Assembly: GCA_965248055.1 (NCBI GenBank)
Contig: CBDFIJ010000004.1
Coordinates: 2,208,001-2,272,000, forward strand
DNA: 64,000 nt
Origin: Candidatus Multivoradales bacterium
GTDB lineage: Bacteria; Acidobacteriota; Thermoanaerobaculia; Multivoradales; JAHEKO01
Reading direction: 5' to 3'
Both the position numbers and the translations under genes were made by a program. The notes beneath the pieces are model-generated. The model did not search any database. It saw only the letters and a program-made list of their open reading frames with translations, and was not told the origin of the DNA. Positions 49,857 to 58,398 of the stretch are shown in pieces. Numbering within the stretch: position 1 is the first letter of the stretch; the number at the start of each line of letters is the position of its first letter.

Positions 49857-50860
49857 TGGCCGCAGTAGAGCTATCGGGCACGGTCGGTGTGAAGCCGGCG
49901 TGCCAAGCTCTCGGGGTTGCACGGGCCACTTACTACCGTCGCCAGAAGCATTCCAATGGGCGAAAGCAGCCCCGACCGACTCCCGCCCGAGCGCTATCGA
50001 GCTATGAACGCGACCGAGTACGCGGACTTCTATGCTCGCCACGATTCGCCGATCGAGCCCCCGCTGAGGTGGTTGCCACCTTGCTCGATGAAGGCACTTA
50101 TCATTGCTCTGAACGCACGATGTATCGCATTCTGGCTGCCGACAAAGCAACCAAGGAGCGACGCAATCAATTGCGCCGTCCACGCTATGCCAAGCCGGAG
50201 CTGGTGGCCACAGAGCCCAATCAAGTTTGGTCCTGGGATATCACTAAACTCAAAGGCCCAAAGACTTGGACTTGGTATTACCTCTACGTCTTACTCGATA
50301 TCTTCAGCCGCTATGTGGTGGGCTGGATGGTGGCATCAAGAGAAAGCAGTGCCCTAGCCAAGCGATTGATTCAAGACAGCTGTATCAAGCAGGGCACTGC
50401 CCCAGGAGAGCTCATCCTGCATAGTGACCGAGGATCACCAATGACCGCCAAAGGCACTGCCCAGCTCCTAGCTCAGCTCGGCGTCACTCGATCACTTTCC
50501 CGACCCAAGGTCCCGGACGACAATCCCTTTTCAGAAGCCCAGTTTAAGACCCTGAAATACCATCCGGGATTCCCCCGTCGTTTCGGCTCCATCGAAGACG
50601 CGCTCAGTTTTTGCCGACCTTTCTTTACTTGGTACAACACCGAGCATCGCCACAGCGGGCTCTCGATGATGACCCCGGAAGATGTCCACTACGGACGCAC
50701 TGTGCAGGTCCTCGACCACAGAACCAGTGTTCTGGCTGATGTTTTTCTCAATAAACCCGAGCGCTTCGTACGCGGCTGCCCGAAGCCAAAACCATTACCC
50801 GACGCTGTCTGGATCAACCCACCAGATCGGGATCGATCATCGCTTGGCGATGCTCACTAA
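49856..50860 (+). CDS. IS3-like OrfB transposase
   Basis: NQVWSWDIT, LHSDRGS, DNPFSEAQFK; TGATG overlap with orfA. Confidence 0.9.
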   Translation: MAAVELSGTVGVKPACQALGVARATYYRRQKHSNGRKQPRPTPARALSSYERDRVRGLLCSPRFADRAPAEVVATLLDEGTYHCSERTMYRILAADKATKERRNQLRRPRYAKPELVATEPNQVWSWDITKLKGPKTWTWYYLYVLLDIFSRYVVGWMVASRESSALAKRLIQDSCIKQGTAPGELILHSDRGSPMTAKGTAQLLAQLGVTRSLSRPKVPDDNPFSEAQFKTLKYHPGFPRRFGSIEDALSFCRPFFTWYNTEHRHSGLSMMTPEDVHYGRTVQVLDHRTSVLADVFLNKPERFVRGCPKPKPLPDAVWINPPDRDRSSLGDAH

Positions 50861-50900
50861 TTAAAGATGACGTGTGTCTCATTATCGTTGGCAGGTTCCG

Positions 50901-51200
50901 ATCAGCCAGGTCTACAACTACGTAAGAAAGATCAGGGCGACCAAAGCCAAAGACCGGAAAGGGCGGCCAGTCACGCTTGGGCCAGATTTGCCTTTCTATG
51001 CGTACATACTTGCCGACATCACTCCTTCGCTTGAGACACAAGCGGAGAACGCGAACTTCATTCGTTCGCCGGACAGCATGGGATATTTTGGTTACAATTC
51101 GCGCCTCCGAACCTACGTTGAGATTATGAGTTTCAAGAAGGTCGTTGTCGATGCAAAGAAACGAAATACGGCCTTTTTTCGACGGTTAGGAATTTCGTAG
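50901..51200 (+). pseudogene. C-terminal fragment of a probable GHKL-ATPase/nuclease-type protein
   Basis: ISQVYNYVRKI..FYAYILAD..GYFGYN..YVEIMSFKKVVVDAKKRNTAFF; 5' part removed by the IS. Confidence 0.5.
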
Positions 51201-51234
51201 AGTTAGCCGAGAGAAGAGGTTCGGATGTCTGCAC

Positions 51235-51374
51235 CATGGCACACTTGAACTCAAGAAATGACGGACCTCGCCAACACCTGGCAACAAAGACATTGGTCGC
51301 AAGTCACTGATTTTGTTGTGGTTATCTCTTGTGTTCGATTGAGGTCTATTGGCTCGAACCAATCTTCAAAACCG
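51235..51374 (+). repeat. att-like arm + core, copy 1
   Basis: Homologous to 54414..54552; ends in identical CAATCTTCAAAACCG; short direct repeats gccaacac/ggcaaca. Confidence 0.85.
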
Positions 51375-51430
51375 TTGTCCCGTTCCGGATCGGCTCGGGG
51401 GGTTGGTTCGATTCCCATGCGCTTCCGCCA
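51363..51430 (+). pseudogene. selC: tRNA-Sec (selC) 3' half only (att-site fragment)
   Basis: TCA anticodon loop, long variable arm, GGTTCGATTCCC T-loop, GCGCTTCCGCCA end; no complementary 5' acceptor strand upstream. Confidence 0.8.
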
Positions 51431-51615
51431 TTTAAGTTATTGGAATTACAACATCTCGCGGCTGTCGCGTCCGAGGCGCAAGGTGTGAAAGTAATTTCGT
51501 TGCGCTTGCTTTTCCGGGTTTGGAGATCAAGGTGGCGAGTAGATCCGGTTGGCCCTCGGGGGATTTTGCCAGGCTAGTGTGATAAAATTTGGTCCCGTTA
51601 GGATAGAGGTTTCCA

Positions 51616-53856
51616 ATGCTTGTTTCCAAGCGCCTTGTCTGCAGTTCGTTGGCTCTTATTCTCACCGCGTTAGCCGCTAGCGTCGTTGCGTTCGCAGATG
51701 AGATCAAGACTGAACATGCTCTTTGGGTTGGTGGAGACCCAGAGGCCGTTGTGACAGTGATTTTTGGGGAATCTACTGCTGGAGATCCTGGTTGGATTTT
51801 CGAAGGGAAAAGGTCGCAACTTGGTGCGCAACGGAGCAGATGGACTGGGCGGCCCGCGACGTGTCCACAAGCGTACTTCTGCAGCTACGTAGACGATGGC
51901 ACTCAGGGCCGACTCGTCGTTGATGATGCAAAGGCTCTCGAGCTAGTTCTGCAGCCTCCGACGGACGAAAACCCTAGAGAGGGAGGCGTGTTGGTGGAGG
52001 CTCTGCTCAACAATATTCAGGGAAGAAGTGCGTTCGTGCGGGTGCATGAGTTTAAAATTGGCGAACCGACCGCAGAGTTTTCGTTCCCTGCTACTTCGGA
52101 GGTTCTTAGGGTCTCAGCTGAGGGGTTTGCGCCCACTTACCAAGTGCTCGTTGAGCACGAAGCGGCTACAAGCCGGCTGACAATTCCACTCCGGCGAGCT
52201 GGCACGGTTTCAGGGTGGGTGATTGATTCCAGCGAAGAGTCTCCATGGAGTGTCGTGGCAGTACCAGAGGGAGATCCGGTCGGTTCTGTTGAGACCGCAC
52301 CTGCTTTGGCTACAGCCACTCAGGACGGTGGGTTTTTCTCAATACACGGACTCGCTGCTGGTATCCACAAGCTGGTATTGCAGCACTTTGAAAAAAGAGT
52401 TCATGTAGTAGTCGGAACGGTCCGGGTGACGGAAGGCGAAGAGGTCAATGTCGGTCTTGTCGAGACACCAGTTCCTATTGAGCATGTCGTCTTTGCATTT
52501 ACCTCCGAAGAAAGTGTTGGGAGTCCCAAGGATTGGGAAATCCAGATTGTCTCGTTAGGGCAAAGTAAGCTAACCATGTCGTCGCGCTTTGATGAACTGG
52601 GACAAGCTTCACTCGATGACGTATACCCCGGTACCTACAACTATTATCTACGTTTACCTCACGGCAATACCTTTCAATCAGGTTCTATTGAGATTGATGA
52701 GGGTCGCGCCTTTCATTCCATTGATCTGCGTGTAGCGAAAGTGTTTGGAGTCGTCACAAACGCGGGAGGAGATCCTGCCACTGCAGAGCTACGTGTAGGA
52801 AACGGCTCAGGACCACTGATTTCCACTCAAACTGATGCTAGTGGCTACTACGAAGTTCTTATTCCGTATCCAGATCGCCGACTAGTTGTAGCCCAAGTGA
52901 CACCGACGCTTGGCGACAACATGTTCTGGGAGTCGATCTCTGATGTCGATGTCGAAGCAGACGGCATCACAGTCAATCTTGAGATTCCTTCGTTTGCACT
53001 CGATGTGGTGGTCGTCGACAGTTCTGGTTTGCCAGTAGCAAATAGCCAGGTTATAGCGAAAGACAAAGGGGGGCTGGGTGTACTGGCGGAAACCAACCAA
53101 GAAGGGGGTGCGCGGGTGCGTCACCTTCGCGAGGGTGAGTATTCGGTTCGGGCTCGCACAGATGAGGCGCAATCAAACGTGGTACAAGTGACCGTATCTA
53201 AGACGAGCCCATCTTCGCCCATCCGTCTTACGCTGAGAACTGACGACACCATTAGTGTACTGCTTAGCGACGCGTTTGGAACTCCCCTACGAGCAGCCGT
53301 CGTATTCGCTTCGTTTGACGGGATACCGGTGTCAAAACGCGTCAGTTCCGGGATGGATGGATGGGTGAAGATCCCTGCGCCTGCTTCCGCAAGTAGCGTA
53401 AGCTTGGTTGTCCTTTCCGCCAGATCCGGAGCTATTGCGACGAGCTGTGTGTCGGTAGATCGAAACGGCGACGGTTCACTTACTTTCCCGTCTGGGGGCA
53501 CAGGCACCATAGTGTTTGCGCCCCCCAGTGATGCCGCATCTGCTGAATTGTATGTTGCCCAGCTACTTATGACGGGACTCACGACACCTCAAGGTGGATT
53601 CCTGTCGTTGCAGCATTTCGACGAGTGGGCTCGCATAACCGGGCAAGCATTTGACATTCGAAGCTTGTTGCAGGGTGGGCGCCGTCTGTCAATTCACGGG
53701 GTCGCAGAGGGATTGTACGCGCGAAGTCATAGTCATCATGGATGCATTGCAGCACCTGCTGAACCCTGGGGTGCAGTAGGCAACGGCCAAGAGTTGGTAA
53801 TTCGGGCGACGCCGCAAGAGGAGGCGGGCCTGACAAAGAAAGGAGATCCAGTATGA
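51616..53856 (+). CDS. Exported protein with tandem carboxypeptidase-regulatory-like beta-sandwich domains
   Basis: RBS GAGG, signal peptide, GTVSGWVID, TDASGYYEV, VVDSSGLPVANSQV. Confidence 0.78.
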   Translation: MLVSKRLVCSSLALILTALAASVVAFADEIKTEHALWVGGDPEAVVTVIFGESTAGDPGWIFEGKRSQLGAQRSRWTGRPATCPQAYFCSYVDDGTQGRLVVDDAKALELVLQPPTDENPREGGVLVEALLNNIQGRSAFVRVHEFKIGEPTAEFSFPATSEVLRVSAEGFAPTYQVLVEHEAATSRLTIPLRRAGTVSGWVIDSSEESPWSVVAVPEGDPVGSVETAPALATATQDGGFFSIHGLAAGIHKLVLQHFEKRVHVVVGTVRVTEGEEVNVGLVETPVPIEHVVFAFTSEESVGSPKDWEIQIVSLGQSKLTMSSRFDELGQASLDDVYPGTYNYYLRLPHGNTFQSGSIEIDEGRAFHSIDLRVAKVFGVVTNAGGDPATAELRVGNGSGPLISTQTDASGYYEVLIPYPDRRLVVAQVTPTLGDNMFWESISDVDVEADGITVNLEIPSFALDVVVVDSSGLPVANSQVIAKDKGGLGVLAETNQEGGARVRHLREGEYSVRARTDEAQSNVVQVTVSKTSPSSPIRLTLRTDDTISVLLSDAFGTPLRAAVVFASFDGIPVSKRVSSGMDGWVKIPAPASASSVSLVVLSARSGAIATSCVSVDRNGDGSLTFPSGGTGTIVFAPPSDAASAELYVAQLLMTGLTTPQGGFLSLQHFDEWARITGQAFDIRSLLQGGRRLSIHGVAEGLYARSHSHHGCIAAPAEPWGAVGNGQELVIRATPQEEAGLTKKGDPV

Positions 53857-54218
53857 GAAGGACGTTATTATTAGGCTTCGTAGTTGGGTTCGTTGTGATT
53901 CTCGGCGCACCGAACTCGCCCGTGGAGGCTACTTGCTTCAATTGTGAGCCGACGACAATTTGTTCGTGGGGATATGAATGCGTGACAGCCAGCGGCCCGG
54001 GAGCGGAGGGCGACCTTTGCGAGCAGACGATTATTTTTATTAACAATAGCTCATATTGCCTCTGCCGTTTTCTCGGTTGGTGCGACGACCAATGGGCAAA
54101 CGGCGAGGCTGGAACTTCCTGCGCGGCAGCTGCTGAAACCCAACCTATTGACGCCTGCAGTATTGAGGGGGGAGTAGGTTTCGCTGCCTGCGAATCGAAT
54201 AGCCAGATGGTCACCTAA
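53853..54218 (+). CDS. Small secreted cysteine-rich protein
   Basis: RBS AAGGAG, ATGA overlap, signal peptide ending VEA, 11 Cys in about 95 residues. Confidence 0.72.
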   Translation: MRRTLLLGFVVGFVVILGAPNSPVEATCFNCEPTTICSWGYECVTASGPGAEGDLCEQTIIFINNSSYCLCRFLGWCDDQWANGEAGTSCAAAAETQPIDACSIEGGVGFAACESNSQMVT

Positions 54219-54413
54219 CCAGCCCTGACTCGCCCAGTTGAACGCTGGGATTCTAGGCTGTCTTACTTGCAGTTCGGCACTGAATGATCGGGACGGTTGG
54301 CCGCCGATGAGTAGTGTCAGGTGAGCGTGGAAGTTGTGCAGGATAGAGAATCGTCTGCTGAAAACGTGGGCGAGAACTTCCGCGCGGGAACGGGGTCGCT
54401 TCAGTGGCACACT

Positions 54414-54552
54414 CATGGCACAGTTGACTCAAGAAACGACGATTCATGCCAACACTTGCCAACAACGTTGATGTGGGCAAGTAGTTGATGTAATTGTGGT
54501 TACGAGTTGACGTTTGTTGGGATCTGTTGGTTCCGAGCAATCTTCAAAACCG
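54414..54552 (+). repeat. att-like arm + core, copy 2 (right junction)
   Basis: Homologous to 51235..51374; the core is followed by coding sequence, not tRNA. Confidence 0.85.
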
Positions 54553-54729
54553 CTGCCAGTCAACCTTTCGGCTGGCTGGGATCACACTAAAGTCTTCGGT
54601 TCGTTGCCGCTCACCGCGACTCCTTTCGCGGCTCTGATCTTGAGCGGAATCTTATGCCTGATCTTGGCTGCGTTGGCTCACTCTCGAGTCCGTTTCCAGG
54701 TGGTGCGCGCACGAAGCGGAAAGCGATGA
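54541..54729 (+). pseudogene. 3' remnant of a marine-proteobacterial-type sortase target protein
   Basis: KPLPVNLSAGWDHTKVFGSLPLTATP + TM helix + basic tail; ATGA-coupled to the sortase. Confidence 0.72.
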
Positions 54730-55201
54730 TCCGGATCGGTCTTCTGGTGGTTGGGCTGGGTTACTTGGCCCATGGCTTCTGGTTGTCACTGAAGGCTGAA
54801 GTGGCTCAGGTGCTGCTGGATCGAGCGTGGCAACAGACGATTCAGGGAACCCATCAAACGCCTCCCTGGCCGTGGGCCGATACCTGGCCGGTCGCGCGGA
54901 TTAAGGTACCCAGACTGAAGATTGATCAGGTAGTGCTGGCCATGTGGCGCTTACGGGACATCGCGATACTCATTTCCGTTTCCTCCAATATCTTCGTCCG
55001 GGAGAGGCCCTGAGCTTGCAGTCGATCGACGGTACCTGGAAACACTACGTCGTTGAGAGGTCCCAGGTGGTCGATCAAGAAGCAGTCGAAGTCTTGGCGC
55101 CAACGGACATTCCAACCTTGACCCTGGTGACCTGCTACCCGTTTGATCGGTTGGCGGTCGGTGGGCGTCAGCGATTCATCGTTCGGGCGGTCGGCGAGTG
55201 A
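54726..55201 (+). pseudogene. Class GN sortase with internal deletion/frameshift
   Basis: LKAEVAQVLLDRAW, PWPWADTWPVARI, frame switch at ~54941 to ALTGHRDTHF...LTLVTCYPFD; the usual LAFGPGH segment is missing. Confidence 0.85.
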
Positions 55202-55369
55202 GTCGCGGAGTCCGTGTCGCGCTCGCCTGACTGGGGTACAGAGGGTTGATCACCGCGTAGGCGCACTCTTCGCATGTTATTCTGAGCCTTGTTGTGGATG
55301 GAATGCGAGTGACGAAGGCCGCTGATGTGGTCGAGCGGAGCCTAGTTTGACCGGGTCACTCGAAGGGAG

Positions 55370-55942
55370 ATGATGATGGCTACGACCGTTTACATGGCCT
55401 GTGCCGCGATTGGTGGAGCGGTGTTGATCATCCAGATGTTTTTACTTCTGATCGGCGGCGATATCGACGCTGACATGGACATGGACATGGACATGGATAT
55501 TGACGACGCCGATGCTGGGGATGGGTCTTTTAGTCTGTTGTCGATCCGTGCGGTTACCGGATTTTTGACGTTTTTCGGATTGGTCGGCTGGTGGGGATCG
55601 GTCGAAGGCTGGGGACAAACTAAGACTCTGTTGGCAGCCTTGGGATCCGGCTTGGTGATGATGGTCGCTATTGCCTGGTTGTTCTCGCTACAGCGGCGCC
55701 TTCACTCGGAGGGCAACGTGGACTTTCGCAACGTGGTTGGACTGACCGGAAAAGTCTATCTGCGGATTCCAGGACACAAGACAGGAAACGGCAAGATCAC
55801 GGTCGCGATTCAAGGCCGGTCGATGGAATTTCTGGCGCTTACCAGTGGGGAGGAGATTCCCACAGGTAGCGATATCCGCGTGGTTGCGATGACCACCGAA
55901 GGGACCTATGAAGTTGAGCCACTAGATGGCCACGGAGGATGA
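55370..55942 (+). CDS. NfeD-like membrane protein (flotillin partner)
   Basis: TM helices, acidic DMDMD loop, GKVYLRIP..GKITV OB-fold. Confidence 0.8.
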   Translation: MMMATTVYMACAAIGGAVLIIQMFLLLIGGDIDADMDMDMDMDIDDADAGDGSFSLLSIRAVTGFLTFFGLVGWWGSVEGWGQTKTLLAALGSGLVMMVAIAWLFSLQRRLHSEGNVDFRNVVGLTGKVYLRIPGHKTGNGKITVAIQGRSMEFLALTSGEEIPTGSDIRVVAMTTEGTYEVEPLDGHGG

Positions 55943-57606
55943 TTCTGATGTTGAGCACTCTGATATTGAACGCAATGAGCTTGTCCGCAATCTCGCTGTT
56001 GGGCGGCATATTTCCGCTATTGATTGTCTTAGCGGCGCTGCTGATCGTCGCAGGTTTTGTGATGGCAATCGCACGGCGCTATCGAAGGTGTCCCAGTAAC
56101 CGCATCTTAGTGGTCTATGGACGCACCAGCGCCGGACAGTCGGCGAAATGTGTCCACGGTGGCGGAACCTTTGTCTGGCCGTTGATTCAGTCCTTCGACT
56201 TTTTGGACTTGGACCCGATTCAAATCGAAATCCCCCTAGAAGGGGCGTTGTCGATGGAAAACATCCGGGTGTCGGTACCCAGTGTGTTTACCGTTGCGAT
56301 TGGCACCGACACAGTGACCATGAATAACGCCGCCATTCGCCTGCTTGGTTTGCAAACTCAAGAGATCATGAAACAGGCGGAAGACATCATTTTTGGTCAG
56401 CTTCGGCAGGTGATCGCTTCGATGAAGATTACCGAGATCAATCGCGACCGTGACGTTTTTCTGGAGAAGGTGCAGCAATCGCTGGAGCCGGAACTGGCGA
56501 AGATCGGTTTGGTGTTGATCAACGTCAACATCAAGGACATCACCGACGCTTCGGGTTACATCGAAGCGATTGGTCGCAAGGCAGCGTCGGAAGCGGTCGA
56601 GCAAGCCAAAATCGACGTTTCTGAACAAGAAAAGAGAGGCTCGATTGGTGTCGCGGAAGCCAACCGCGAGCAGGAGGTCGAAGTCGCCAACGCCGAGAAG
56701 TTTCGGGATATCGGCACTAAGGAAGCCGAACGCGAGCGAGCGGTACGCCTGGCTGATCTCGACAAAGAGAAAATTGTTGGAGAGCAGGCTGCGGCTTTCG
56801 AACGGGATGCGCAGGTCAAGGACTCTGAACGGGAAATGCGGGTACAGGTTGCCAGCGCAAACGCCAAAGCGGTCGCTGGTGAGAACTTAGCCAAGGCAGA
56901 GATCGCCACTGTCAACGCCGACCTCAAAGTTAAGGAAGCGGACGCGATGCAGCGCGGTGAGACCCGACGCCGAGAGGCTGAGGCGGCGGTTCGTGAGGCT
57001 CAGTATCGAGCCGAGGCTAAGGCTGCAGTTGCCGAGGCTGAAAAGGTTGAGGCCGAGAAGCGCGCCGAGTTGGAGTCGCTCGCTCGGGCGGTGAAAGCGC
57101 AACAGGTGGTGCAGGCAGAAGCCGACGCTGAGCAACAGCGAATTCGCGCGGAAGGTGAGGCGGCTGCGATCTTCGCGCGGCTGGACGCCCAAGCCAGGGG
57201 TGAATTTGAAGTCTTGGCAAAGAAGGGCCTCGGTATGCGGGAGATTATCGAGAGCTGTGGTGGCTCGAAAGAGGCGTTCCAGATGTTGATGTTGGAACAC
57301 ATCGACCACATTTCGGAGACCGCCGCGAGCGCAATCGCCAATATTAAGTTCGACAAAGTTGTGGTGTGGGACGGGGGTCAAGGAAATAGTGAGAACTCTG
57401 GGACCGCCGGGTTCGTGCGTAGCCTGGCTAGCGCACTGCCTCCCGCCCTGCAGTTGATGAGAGATATCGGTGGTGTCGATATGCCCGAATACTTCGGGAA
57501 GATTTTGGCGGACGAGCAAGCAACGCCCAGTGGAAAAGACGAAGCTGTCGATTCCGAGGCTAACTCTGTCGAAGACGGTTGCGCGGAGACAGAAGAACCG
57601 GAGTAA
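55939..57606 (+). CDS. Flotillin / SPFH domain protein
   Basis: RYRRCPSNRILVVYG, GGGTFVWP, AEA-rich coiled coil, KVVVWD. Confidence 0.92.
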   Translation: MILMLSTLILNAMSLSAISLLGGIFPLLIVLAALLIVAGFVMAIARRYRRCPSNRILVVYGRTSAGQSAKCVHGGGTFVWPLIQSFDFLDLDPIQIEIPLEGALSMENIRVSVPSVFTVAIGTDTVTMNNAAIRLLGLQTQEIMKQAEDIIFGQLRQVIASMKITEINRDRDVFLEKVQQSLEPELAKIGLVLINVNIKDITDASGYIEAIGRKAASEAVEQAKIDVSEQEKRGSIGVAEANREQEVEVANAEKFRDIGTKEAERERAVRLADLDKEKIVGEQAAAFERDAQVKDSEREMRVQVASANAKAVAGENLAKAEIATVNADLKVKEADAMQRGETRRREAEAAVREAQYRAEAKAAVAEAEKVEAEKRAELESLARAVKAQQVVQAEADAEQQRIRAEGEAAAIFARLDAQARGEFEVLAKKGLGMREIIESCGGSKEAFQMLMLEHIDHISETAASAIANIKFDKVVVWDGGQGNSENSGTAGFVRSLASALPPALQLMRDIGGVDMPEYFGKILADEQATPSGKDEAVDSEANSVEDGCAETEEPE

Positions 57607-57666
57607 GCAGATGGTGGGGCTGGACGAACCAACTCTCAGCACGACGCCCTGGCGGACTCCGAGCCG

Positions 57667-58146
57667 TTAGTCTGAGTCGCCGGTGACGATTGCGTCCTTG
57701 GTGGTCGCGACAATTGCAACCAATTCGTTGGTCTCCGCTTCAGGAATCTCGTATTTGGCGAGCACGCCTAGAAAAATCTCCACCATGCGGCCCCATTCTG
57801 CTTCCGTGATGTTCAGGTGAGCGTGGGCTTCGTCCATCCCCAGACCGGTGTAGGCGCAGGGGCCACCGGTTGCCTGACAAACCATGGCGGTGACTTGGTA
57901 CTTCAGGTAGGCGGCAGGGACGCGCTCCCTGGCGGCGTCAACGGCTTCGTTTTGGTTAATGAACTCGTCAGGAACCAAGATATCGACAAAATCGCTTACG
58001 ACCGCTGAGATGGCGGGTAGGCCACCAAGTCGGTCGTACAGTGAGGCGGCCTCTTGAGCCTCTTCTTCCTGCGCCCCGATACTGCCTCCCGTCATGTTAA
58101 GGACCACGAGGATGAGCAAAAAGACTTTGGATGGTTGTCGGTACAT
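57667..58146 (-). CDS. Group 1 truncated hemoglobin with N-terminal signal-like peptide
   Basis: SLYDRLGG, ATGGPCAYTG..MDEAHAHLNITEAEW. Confidence 0.85.
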   Translation of the reverse strand: MYRQPSKVFLLILVVLNMTGGSIGAQEEEAQEAASLYDRLGGLPAISAVVSDFVDILVPDEFINQNEAVDAARERVPAAYLKYQVTAMVCQATGGPCAYTGLGMDEAHAHLNITEAEWGRMVEIFLGVLAKYEIPEAETNELVAIVATTKDAIVTGDSD

Positions 58147-58398
58147 GACGAATTTTCCTGTGCAATGCAACTTGGTTGACCCGGAGACGATGCGACTGTT
58201 GCCGAATAATCTCCCGCGGTCATACAAATCGCAAACTGGTTTCTAGGCCCACTGGCCAATGAACCTACGGCAACGATAGTGAATCGTAAGAGGCGAAGCA
58301 GCACTCATGGATGTCGAAACCGAAGTTCCATACGCGAAGAATGCATCGCGCCGAAGAGCTAGCTATTGGCGACAAGCGCTTCTGGTTGTCTGCTGACG

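Larger units (their letters stand above)
49358..50900 (+). mobile_element. IS3-like element with subterminal IRs
   Basis: tcctttc-tgccaac..tgagacac left end; gtgtctca..gttggca-ggttccg right end; no target duplication, suggesting an adjacent deletion. Confidence 0.85.

Noticed and set aside
51330-51430. Intact tRNA-Sec gene
   Set aside because: The 5' acceptor strand (expected GGAAGCGC...) and D-arm are absent; the upstream sequence is att arm shared with 54414-54552.
54405-54420. sigma54 promoter TGGCAC-N5-TGGCA
   Set aside because: The -12 element is imperfect, no intact gene follows, and it is part of the att arm direct repeats.
54553-54580. Hairpin after the second core as a tRNA variable arm
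   Set aside because: No T-loop or CCA follows; the sequence is better explained as sortase-target coding sequence.
55472-55495. (GACATG)4 tandem repeat
   Set aside because: In-frame low-complexity DM loop of the kind common in NfeD-like proteins; no phase effect.
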